From an uncultured Patescibacteria group bacterium (GTDB taxonomy: Bacteria; Patescibacteriota; Microgenomatia; UBA10105; UBA927): a stretch of 64,000 nt of DNA. A program made the position numbers and the translations under genes. The notes under the pieces were generated by a model. That model did not search any database, was not told the DNA's origin, and worked only from the letters and a program-made list of their open reading frames with translations. The stretch spans positions 10,740-74,739 of the forward strand of contig CAKZSU010000005.1 of assembly GCA_937921305.1 (NCBI GenBank), given 5' to 3'. The first letter of the stretch is position 1. The number at the start of each line of letters is the position of its first letter. Positions 57,223-64,000 of this stretch are shown here, piece after piece.

Positions 57223-57684
57223 TTATGGTTCTTGAGAAAAATAGACAACGACGCGTTCAACGAAGAGCTGATCATTTACAACATTCGCGACGGAAATATC
57301 GTTTTTTCCTTCTCTTAGCACAACTTTCGTTTCATACTTTCCAGACGACGGCACTTGAACGACGGATTCTTCCTCTGTTGTTCCAACAATAATAAGAGAA
57401 TTCGGGGACGCGTTTCCGGAAACAGTGATCCCGCTTTCTTTTACGATGCTCTCTTGCGTTGGTTGATCGATAGTCAATGATGATGGAAGAGGTTCTTGTG
57501 ACGTGATATTACTTGGTTGTGGTTGATTATCTTCTTTTGTTTGAAACGACGCTACTTGTCCTTGATGCTCTCTCATGCTTGTTTGAAGTTGCGCAAAAAG
57601 TTTCGGTCCGAAAATAATGCTTGCTGTAATAAGCAATCCGACAGAAAATCCGATAAGAGAAGCGAGTATTGCGTCTTTGTTCAT
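57223..57684 (-). CDS. Hypothetical membrane-anchored protein (153 aa)
   Basis: N-terminal TM (ILASLIGFSVGLLITASIIF), Q/P/S-rich linker, and a small C-terminal beta-rich domain. Confidence 0.45.
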   Translation of the reverse strand: MNKDAILASLIGFSVGLLITASIIFGPKLFAQLQTSMREHQGQVASFQTKEDNQPQPSNITSQEPLPSSLTIDQPTQESIVKESGITVSGNASPNSLIIVGTTEEESVVQVPSSGKYETKVVLREGKNDISVANVVNDQLFVERVVVYFSQEP

Positions 57685-57731
57685 GTGTTGATTAGGATAC
57701 GGTAATCTGTTATAAAAAGCAATAGAATTCT

Positions 57732-58376
57732 ATGGATATTTCGTATCTTGGACACGCATCATTTCGTTTTCGAGGAAAAAAAACAACAGTGGTAACCGAT
57801 CCGTTTGATCCGCGTATGGTTGGCACAAAATTTCCAAAGATTGACGCGGATATTATTACCGTTTCTCATCATCATGAGGATCACAATGCGATAGCGAATA
57901 TCTCCGGCAATCCGTTTATCGTTGATGGACCTGGAGAGTATGAGATACAGGGGGTTCGCTTTATCGGACTTTCATCGTTTCATGACAATAACAAAGGAAA
58001 AGACAGAGGGGAAAACACGATATTTGCGATAGAGCTTGACGGAGTTCACATTGTTCATCTTGGCGATCTTGGTGAGATGCTTTCAGAAAAAACAAGAGAA
58101 AAATTAGGGACGGTTGATGTTTTATGTATTCCTGTCGGTGGTGTCTATACTATTGATGAAAAACAAGCGGTGGAGTTGATTTCGGAAATAGAACCGTCGA
58201 TTGTTATTCCGATGCATTATGGCAGACCAGATATCAATCAAGAAGTATTTGGTTCGTTGCGTCCATTGTCTTCGTTTCTTAAGCTGGTTGGTCAGGAACA
58301 AGCCCAGCCTGTGACGAAATTGATGGTCACCAAAGATAAAATTCCCGATCATACCCAAATCGTCATTTTCTCGTAA
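57732..58376 (+). CDS. MBL-fold metallo-hydrolase (small, UlaG/YcbL-like)
   Basis: HxHxDH motif VSHHHEDHN; downstream H and D ligand blocks (VHLGDLG, IPMHYG). Confidence 0.75.
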   Translation: MDISYLGHASFRFRGKKTTVVTDPFDPRMVGTKFPKIDADIITVSHHHEDHNAIANISGNPFIVDGPGEYEIQGVRFIGLSSFHDNNKGKDRGENTIFAIELDGVHIVHLGDLGEMLSEKTREKLGTVDVLCIPVGGVYTIDEKQAVELISEIEPSIVIPMHYGRPDINQEVFGSLRPLSSFLKLVGQEQAQPVTKLMVTKDKIPDHTQIVIFS

Positions 58377-58384
58377 GAGTTTCT

Positions 58385-59728
58385 ATGAATGTAAAGGTCC
58401 CTCCGCATGACGACCTTGTGGAAAAGTCTTTGCTTGGCGCGATTCTTCTTGATAAAGACGCTATGATTGCCGTTGCTGAATTTTTGCGTCCAGAACATTT
58501 TTACAATGAGCATCATGGGATGATTTTTGAAGCAATGCTTACCTTGTTTGAGCAACACATGCCTATTGATGTTGTCACGCTTTCATCGCAATTAAAAAAA
58601 GAAGGCAAATTAAAAGCAGTCGGCGGATCCGCGTATATAAGCGAACTGTTAACGGTTACGCCGACAAGCGCGCACGCGGAACAATACGGTTTGCTCATAA
58701 AAGAATACTACGTAAAACGACGATTAATTTCCGTCGGCGCAAAATTGACGGAGTCGGCGTTCAAAGAGGAAGGATCGGCGCAAACAATTCTTGACGAGGC
58801 GGAGCAAGAAATTTTTTCGATCGCGAAACAAAGTACAAAGCGTGACTTTATTCATATCAAAGAAACGCTCGCGGAGTCTTTTCAACGGCTTGACGAATTG
58901 GGGAAAAACACATCTGGGTATCGCGGCATTCCTACAGGATTTTCTGATTTAGATTTCAAGTTGTCTGGGTTGCAGAATTCAAATTTAATTATTCTTGCAG
59001 CGCGGCCCGGCACGGGAAAGACCGCGATGGTCTTAAATATCGCTCAATATGTGGGCGTGAAAGAAAAGCTTGCTGTCGGTATTTTCTCTTTGGAGATGAG
59101 CAAGGAAGAATTAGTGGATCGGCTTCTTGTGGCGCAAGCAGATATTGACGCATGGAGACTCAAAACAGGCAAGTTGTCAGACGATGACTTTTCTCGACTG
59201 TCTGACGCGATGGGAGAGTTGGCGGAGTCTCGTATTTTTATTGACGACACACCGGGAATCAGCATCCTTGAAATGAGGACGAAAGCAAGAAGATTACAAG
59301 TGGAGCACGGTGTTCAGCTCATTATTTTTGATTATCTCCAACTTGCCGATGCAGGGAAGCGGTACGAAAGCAGAGTGCAAGAGGTAGGCGCAATTTCTCA
59401 AAGTTTGAAAAATTTAGCAAGAGAATTAAAAGTGCCGGTGCTCGCGTGTTCTCAATTGTCTCGAGCTGTTGAGAGTAGGGGGAATAAAATTCCGGAATTA
59501 TCCGATCTTCGCGAGTCTGGCTCGATCGAGCAAGACGCGGATGTGGTTATGTTTCTCTATCGAGAAGAGCAGGATATGACGCAATGGGGCGATCAGATAC
59601 CGACAAAACTACGTATCGCAAAGCACAGAAACGGATCGCTTGGAGAAATTGACTTGATGTTTCGCGGTGATAGAATTAGATTCTATAGCGTAGAAAAGCA
59701 TCAAAGCGATACGATAACGATTGGTTAA
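58385..59728 (+). CDS. dnaB: Replicative DNA helicase DnaB (no intein)
   Basis: N-terminal domain EKSLLGAILLD, Walker A ARPGTGKTA, and an RecA-like C-terminal domain; 447 aa. Confidence 0.95.
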   Translation: MNVKVPPHDDLVEKSLLGAILLDKDAMIAVAEFLRPEHFYNEHHGMIFEAMLTLFEQHMPIDVVTLSSQLKKEGKLKAVGGSAYISELLTVTPTSAHAEQYGLLIKEYYVKRRLISVGAKLTESAFKEEGSAQTILDEAEQEIFSIAKQSTKRDFIHIKETLAESFQRLDELGKNTSGYRGIPTGFSDLDFKLSGLQNSNLIILAARPGTGKTAMVLNIAQYVGVKEKLAVGIFSLEMSKEELVDRLLVAQADIDAWRLKTGKLSDDDFSRLSDAMGELAESRIFIDDTPGISILEMRTKARRLQVEHGVQLIIFDYLQLADAGKRYESRVQEVGAISQSLKNLARELKVPVLACSQLSRAVESRGNKIPELSDLRESGSIEQDADVVMFLYREEQDMTQWGDQIPTKLRIAKHRNGSLGEIDLMFRGDRIRFYSVEKHQSDTITIG

Positions 59729-59798
59729 TCGCTATCAGCCATCAGCACACAGCAGATAGGAGTTGAGCTGTAAGCTGTTTCCAGTATGCACTATCATC

Positions 59799-60290
59799 AT
59801 GTTTGAAGATTTTCGGAAGTTTATTTTACGAGGAAATATCGCCGATCTTGTGATTGGATTCACTGTCGGCGCGACATTTTCAACGGTTGCAAAATCGTTT
59901 GTTGATGATATTCTTATGCCTCCGATTGGGCTTGTCATGGGGCAAGCTGATTTTTCAAATTTATTTATTGTGATTAAGAGCGGTTCCACGCCTCCTCCAT
60001 ATCAAAGTTTGTCGCAAGCAAAAGATGCTGGCGCAGTAACGATAAATTATGGCATGTTTATTAATAATATTATTTCTTTGCTCATTGTAGGATTTGCTGT
60101 GTATCTTTTTATTAAATTTTTAAATGTGTTGAATGATCAATTAGAAGAGTTGCCAATTATTGGAGGAAAAAAAGGAGAACCGACAATGAAGAAGTGTCCG
60201 TATTGCTTGACGCCGGTTCCCTATAAAGCGTTAAAGTGTAAAGCATGCACCGCGGATTTGGCAAAAATCGTCAAGAAAAAAGAAGAGTGA
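59799..60290 (+). CDS. mscL: Large-conductance mechanosensitive channel MscL with a C-terminal C4 zinc-ribbon extension (start at MFEDFRKF)
   Basis: FRKFILRGNIADLVIGFTVGATF...ILMPPIG signature. C-terminal KKCPYCLTPVPYKALKCKAC after the usual helical bundle. Confidence 0.85.
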   Translation: MFEDFRKFILRGNIADLVIGFTVGATFSTVAKSFVDDILMPPIGLVMGQADFSNLFIVIKSGSTPPPYQSLSQAKDAGAVTINYGMFINNIISLLIVGFAVYLFIKFLNVLNDQLEELPIIGGKKGEPTMKKCPYCLTPVPYKALKCKACTADLAKIVKKKEE

Positions 60291-60319
60291 TAGCGTATAA
60301 TAAAGGTAATCGTTTTTCT

Positions 60320-60405
60320 GCCGGGGTGCTGGAATTGGTAGACAGGCCAGTCTCAAAAACTGGTGACCCCAAAAGATCGTGAGGGTTCGAGTCCCTCCCT
60401 CGGCA
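60320..60405 (+). tRNA. tRNA-Leu (anticodon CAA), type II with a long variable arm
   Basis: Hand fold: acceptor GCCGGGG/CCTCGGC, D-loop GAATTGGTAGA, anticodon stem CCAGT/ACTGG with loop CTCAAAA, T-stem GAGGG/CCCTC with loop TTCGAGT. Confidence 0.85.
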
Positions 60406-60408
60406 CTT

Positions 60409-61854
60409 ATGAACTATACAACCGTTCCATCATTGTCTCATGTCTCGCAGAGCGGTCTATGTGCTTTTCCTATTTTCGAAGGTTTCGAAGGGGAGATATT
60501 GCCTTCTGTCGTGGAACAAAAACTTCTACGAAGTATAGAAAAAGAAATTATAAGACAGTCTTTTTCTAAGAAGAAACACGACGCATTGCTTGTCTGTGGC
60601 AATGAACAGATTCATCATATTCTGTTGGTTGGCATGGGGAAGAGAGGGGATGTTCGGCCAAAGGATTGGCTGTTTTTTGGAGGGATTGTGGCGAGAAAAG
60701 CGAAGGAGATGAAGGTTGAAACAATTGCGATACTGGTATTACAGAACGCGGATGTTCAACGCGTTGTCGAAGGAATCCAGCTTGGATCATATACATTCAA
60801 TAAATATAAAAGCGAAAATGATGACACAAAGCATGTTATAAGAGAGGTAATTTTTGTCGGAGAAGGTGATATGTCTCCTTTCATAACAAGAGGGCAACTT
60901 TTCGCTTCCGCTGTGTCGTTTGCGAGAGACTTGGTAAATCGATCGCCTTCCGAAACAACGCCGTCGTATCTCGCCGATCTTGCGTCGCAGATTGCAAATG
61001 GCAGCTCAATGGTATCCTGCAACATTTTATCTCCTGACGAGATGAGTGATATGGGAGGATTACTTGGGATTGCCCGAGGGTCAAATCAAGCGCAGAAATT
61101 CATTCATCTTACTTATAACGGAGGGAGTAATAAAACAATTACATTGGTTGGTAAAGGCATTACTTTTGACACAGGCGGATTATCGTTGAAAACCTCGGAA
61201 GGAATGCAAACTATGAAACTTGATATGTCCGGAGCAGCAACCATTCTTGCCATATTTTCCGTTCTGGATCAACTTCGTCCTGACCTGGCGATTCATGGAC
61301 TTATTCCAGCGACGGAAAATATGCCTGGTCCAAACGCTGTAAAGCCCGGCGATGTAGTAAGGGCGTTAAATGGCAAAACTATTGAGATTTTGAACACCGA
61401 CGCGGAAGGTCGAGTCATTCTTGCGGACGCAATGTCATATGCAGAGAAACATATTAAATCAGACGCAATTATTGATGTCGCGACGCTTACCGGCGCGTGC
61501 ATGATCGCGCTTGGAGAAGAAGTCGCGGGGTTATTTTGTAATAATCGAGAGCTTCGAGATGCACTGCTTGTAAATTCACAACATATTGGCGAAGACATCT
61601 GGGAATTGCCACTGGTACAGTCATATAAAGAACAATTGAAGTCTCATGTGGCTGATATCAAAAATATCGGTGGGAAATATGGCGGAGCCATTACCGGTGC
61701 GTTGTTCATTGAAGCGTTTGTTCCGAAAGGAACGCCATGGGCGCATCTTGATATTGCCGGTCCGTCATTTACTGAGAAAGGTAATACGATTTGTCCTCCT
61801 GGTGGGACAGGCTTTGGCGTCCGACTGCTTCTCGCTTATTTATCTTCGATATAA
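60409..61854 (+). CDS. pepA: Leucyl aminopeptidase (M17)
   Basis: NTDAEGRVILADA motif and Zn-ligand blocks. Start set at MNYTTV (60409), directly after tRNA-Leu. Confidence 0.9.
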   Translation: MNYTTVPSLSHVSQSGLCAFPIFEGFEGEILPSVVEQKLLRSIEKEIIRQSFSKKKHDALLVCGNEQIHHILLVGMGKRGDVRPKDWLFFGGIVARKAKEMKVETIAILVLQNADVQRVVEGIQLGSYTFNKYKSENDDTKHVIREVIFVGEGDMSPFITRGQLFASAVSFARDLVNRSPSETTPSYLADLASQIANGSSMVSCNILSPDEMSDMGGLLGIARGSNQAQKFIHLTYNGGSNKTITLVGKGITFDTGGLSLKTSEGMQTMKLDMSGAATILAIFSVLDQLRPDLAIHGLIPATENMPGPNAVKPGDVVRALNGKTIEILNTDAEGRVILADAMSYAEKHIKSDAIIDVATLTGACMIALGEEVAGLFCNNRELRDALLVNSQHIGEDIWELPLVQSYKEQLKSHVADIKNIGGKYGGAITGALFIEAFVPKGTPWAHLDIAGPSFTEKGNTICPPGGTGFGVRLLLAYLSSI

Positions 61855-61881
61855 AAATACAATATGGCATCCTGTGCAATA

Positions 61882-62355
61882 TTAACGAAGCAAGAAGAAA
61901 AAAAATAAAATAATGCCAATTTGCGTTGATATTCCGTGAATCAGCGTTGTTGTCCGGTGAAAATATGTATTCTGCCATTCGAGAAATGATTCATAGAGTT
62001 TTTCAAATCGACTTTCTCTTATTCTTTTGGTTTTTTCCTTAGATGCTAATAAGGGAAAATAAGGAACCATAATCCAATCTGGAATGTTCGCAAGCGACAC
62101 GGCGAGAAAAATTAGTGGAAGAGAGAGGGTATTAGAAAATATGAGTATCGGAATAAGAAATGCTATCGCGGTGTCTGTGATGGCCAGCACTCCTGTAGTT
62201 TTTTTGCTTCGCTTTGTCAAATCTGTGCCAAAGTCCCAATGCGGAATGATATCAAGAAGATAATGAGAGGCGATAATGAGCGCTCCCGCAACGAACGGAT
62301 TCGGGACGCTTTGCATAATTATTGTCCCAACAATCCCGTGAGTGGTTGCCATCAT
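61882..62355 (-). CDS. Hypothetical polytopic membrane protein (157 aa)
   Basis: Four predicted TMs, no motif recognised. Divergent from the MFS gene with a ~24-bp gap. Confidence 0.45.
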   Translation of the reverse strand: MMATTHGIVGTIIMQSVPNPFVAGALIIASHYLLDIIPHWDFGTDLTKRSKKTTGVLAITDTAIAFLIPILIFSNTLSLPLIFLAVSLANIPDWIMVPYFPLLASKEKTKRIRESRFEKLYESFLEWQNTYFHRTTTLIHGISTQIGIILFFFFLLR

Positions 62356-62379
62356 GGTCTCTATAGTATACTAGAGATC

Positions 62380-63663
62380 ATGCAAAAAATGGAACGAGAC
62401 GAACTTTCTCCTTCTTTGGTTAAGACGCTTGGTATCCGATCTTTTCGGTTTTTGTGGATTGGTCAGATTTTTTCCCAGCTTGGCGCGAATATGTTATTGT
62501 CTCTCTTGGCGCTTCGCGTGTATGAAGTAACAAAAAGTAATACTGCCGTGTCTGCACTGTATATTACCTATGGATTGCCGGCGGTGTTGTTCGGCATGTT
62601 TGCCGGAGTGATTGTCGATCATGTTGATCGGCGGAAAGTGCTCATAGTGTGCAATATTGGACGAACTATTCTCATGATTCTCTTACTATTTTTTCATAAT
62701 AATATTTTTGTAATTTACGTCGTTATGTTTTTAAATTCCTTTATTGGGCAGTTATATTTTCCCGCCGAAGCCCCTTTGATTCCTCGATTGGTTCCGGAGA
62801 AGCATTTATTAACCGCGAATAGTTTGTTTACCTTCACATTTTTTTCAACGATCGCGTTAGGGTTTGTTCTTGCTGGTCCAGTATTGAAGTACACAAGCGC
62901 CATCGGCTCATTTTCTCTTCTTATTTCATTCTATCTTATTGCCATTTGGGCTGCATCAAATATTCCTCGACAGAGAGAAGATAGTGTAAGTATAGCAAGG
63001 ATGATTCGTACTAATGGAAGACACGTCCTAAAGCGAGTTGTTTCTGATATATTTCAAGGCGTCTTGTTTGCGATTGGTTCACGACGTATCGCAGATGCGC
63101 TACTTCTGCTTACAGAAACACAGATTGTTTTAGCAATTCTTGGGACGCTTGGGCCGGGATTTGCCGATCAAGTCTTGAAGGTTGATGTTACAGACGCGTC
63201 GCTTATTGTGCTTGGTCCCGCAGTTCTTGGCATTATTGCTGGCGCGTTGTGGGTAGGAAACTTTGGCGTATCGTTTTCTCCTCGACAACTTACCTCTATT
63301 GGCCTTTTTGGCGGTGGCAGTGTGTTATTGCTTCTTTCTTCTGTGGTATGGGTATACGATGTAATTCTGTTTTCACGATCATTATTGTTCGTTCTTATGT
63401 TTATTTTGTTTTTTTTATTGGGTTTTTCAAACAGTTTGCTTGATGTTCCTTCAAACGCGACGTTGCAGAATGCCTCTGTCGGAGGCATGCGAGGAAGGGT
63501 CTATGGAATTTTAACATCTGTGATTGGTGGCATTGGCATACTTCCTGTTGTTGCTGGCGGTATCCTCGCGGATACAGTTGGTATTCAAACGGTGTTGGTG
63601 ATGTTGGGATTTGTGATATCCGCGTATGGCATGATTCGGATGAAATTTAGCATAATACGATAA
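62380..63663 (+). CDS. MFS-family transporter (start at MQKMERDEL)
   Basis: 12 TMs, a DHVDRRK-type loop motif between TM2 and TM3. The track ORF's 47-codon N-terminal extension overlaps the divergent gene. Confidence 0.8.
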   Translation: MQKMERDELSPSLVKTLGIRSFRFLWIGQIFSQLGANMLLSLLALRVYEVTKSNTAVSALYITYGLPAVLFGMFAGVIVDHVDRRKVLIVCNIGRTILMILLLFFHNNIFVIYVVMFLNSFIGQLYFPAEAPLIPRLVPEKHLLTANSLFTFTFFSTIALGFVLAGPVLKYTSAIGSFSLLISFYLIAIWAASNIPRQREDSVSIARMIRTNGRHVLKRVVSDIFQGVLFAIGSRRIADALLLLTETQIVLAILGTLGPGFADQVLKVDVTDASLIVLGPAVLGIIAGALWVGNFGVSFSPRQLTSIGLFGGGSVLLLLSSVVWVYDVILFSRSLLFVLMFILFFLLGFSNSLLDVPSNATLQNASVGGMRGRVYGILTSVIGGIGILPVVAGGILADTVGIQTVLVMLGFVISAYGMIRMKFSIIR

Positions 63664-63676
63664 AATTAATATATAT

Positions 63677-64000
63677 ATGTTTCCTGTTCTTGTTTCCGTT
63701 GGTCCAATAACTGTATATACAGTGAATATCTTTTATATCATCAGTTGGTGCGTGTTTTCTTTTTTATTTTGGAGATATCTTCGCCATCATGGTATGCTAG
63801 AAGAGCGAATTTTTGATTTGACATTTTATGCAACATTGGGGTCGATTCTTGGCGCGCGATTAGGCTTTGTGTTCTTATATCCTCAATTATTCTCCGCGAG
63901 CATTCTTCTTGTTGGCGCGTTTTGGGTACAACCGGGCGTTTGGATTCAAGCGGGAATTTTTTCATTGTTTCTTGTTTTTTATCTTTACAGCAAACGTATT
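63677..64000 (+). CDS. lgt: Prolipoprotein diacylglyceryl transferase, 3' partial at the window edge. Absent from the ORF track because it has no stop in the window
   Basis: Hand translation MFPVLVSVGPITVYTVNIFYIISW...LGARLGFVFLYPQLF...VQPGVWIQAG aligns with the Lgt N-terminus (IGPVALHWYGLMY...LGGRIGYVLF...VWDGGMSFHGG). Confidence 0.75.
   Translation, partial: MFPVLVSVGPITVYTVNIFYIISWCVFSFLFWRYLRHHGMLEERIFDLTFYATLGSILGARLGFVFLYPQLFSASILLVGAFWVQPGVWIQAGIFSLFLVFYLYSKRI

Noticed and set aside
60363-60408. 5' extensions of pepA (MRVRVPPSAL), the MFS transporter (62239-62379), the M24 peptidase (56396-56545) and the ATPase (46091-46168) as given by the longest-ORF track
   Set aside because: The extensions overlap a tRNA or the neighbouring gene. 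Conserved protein N-termini begin at internal Met codons.

Overview
The window reads as a low-GC, compact, streamlined bacterial chromosome segment with traits typical of Candidate Phyla Radiation (Patescibacteria)-type genomes. Genes are densely packed with frequent ATGA start/stop overlaps, few Shine-Dalgarno sequences, and many -10-like hexamers sitting 6-10 nt from the ATG, which suggests leaderless mRNAs. TGA, TAA and TAG all act as stops, so this is the standard genetic code, not code 25. The 16S rRNA gene carries insertions and has no 23S gene within the window. Ribosomal proteins carry lysine/glutamate-rich extensions, and there are many small membrane-anchored hypothetical proteins.

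Recognisable content (coordinates in the feature list):
- A secE-nusG-rplK-rplA cluster (minus strand).
- galU, a VIT-family transporter and a Na+/Ca2+ exchanger.
- A minus-strand tRNA cluster: Thr(TGT), Tyr, Thr(GGT), then rpmG and tRNA-Trp. rpmG is missing from the ORF track and was found by eye.
- An ArsR-family regulator, a site-2 protease (S2P), rpmB, fmt and def.
- A Wzy/O-antigen-ligase-like protein with TPR repeats.
- mreB, a polytopic membrane protein, then mrdA; dprA-topA; a SpoU methylase and a PAP2 phosphatase.
- A 16S rRNA gene of about 1636 nt with V1 and helix-44 expansions.
- A riboflavin kinase, tRNA-Cys, tRNA-Ile and a SAM-dependent methyltransferase.
- dcd and glmS.
- A 1067-aa beta-CASP/MBL nuclease-like protein with a long novel N-terminal region.
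- A four-gene minus-strand operon: P-loop ATPase, LysA-like decarboxylase, CysK::rhodanese fusion, SufS-like desulfurase.
- tmk, glyA, rpsF-ssb-rpsR, a CtpA-like S41 peptidase, an HtrA-family protease, a domain-1-less RF1, rpmE, an EamA-family transporter, hisS, an M24 peptidase, dnaB, mscL with a zinc-ribbon tail, tRNA-Leu, pepA, an MFS transporter and lgt (3' partial at the window edge).

Most notable observations:
1. A ~828-aa cysteine-rich secreted protein is interrupted by a single in-frame TAA.
2. The sulfur/PLP operon has a CysK-rhodanese fusion.
3. A conserved pair of intergenic motifs appears twice in permuted order.
4. An RF1 homolog lacks domain 1 entirely.
5. The rRNA and ribosomal-protein expansions.

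No transposases, integrases, CRISPR arrays or reverse transcriptases were seen. All calls rest on motif recognition by eye. No database search was run.
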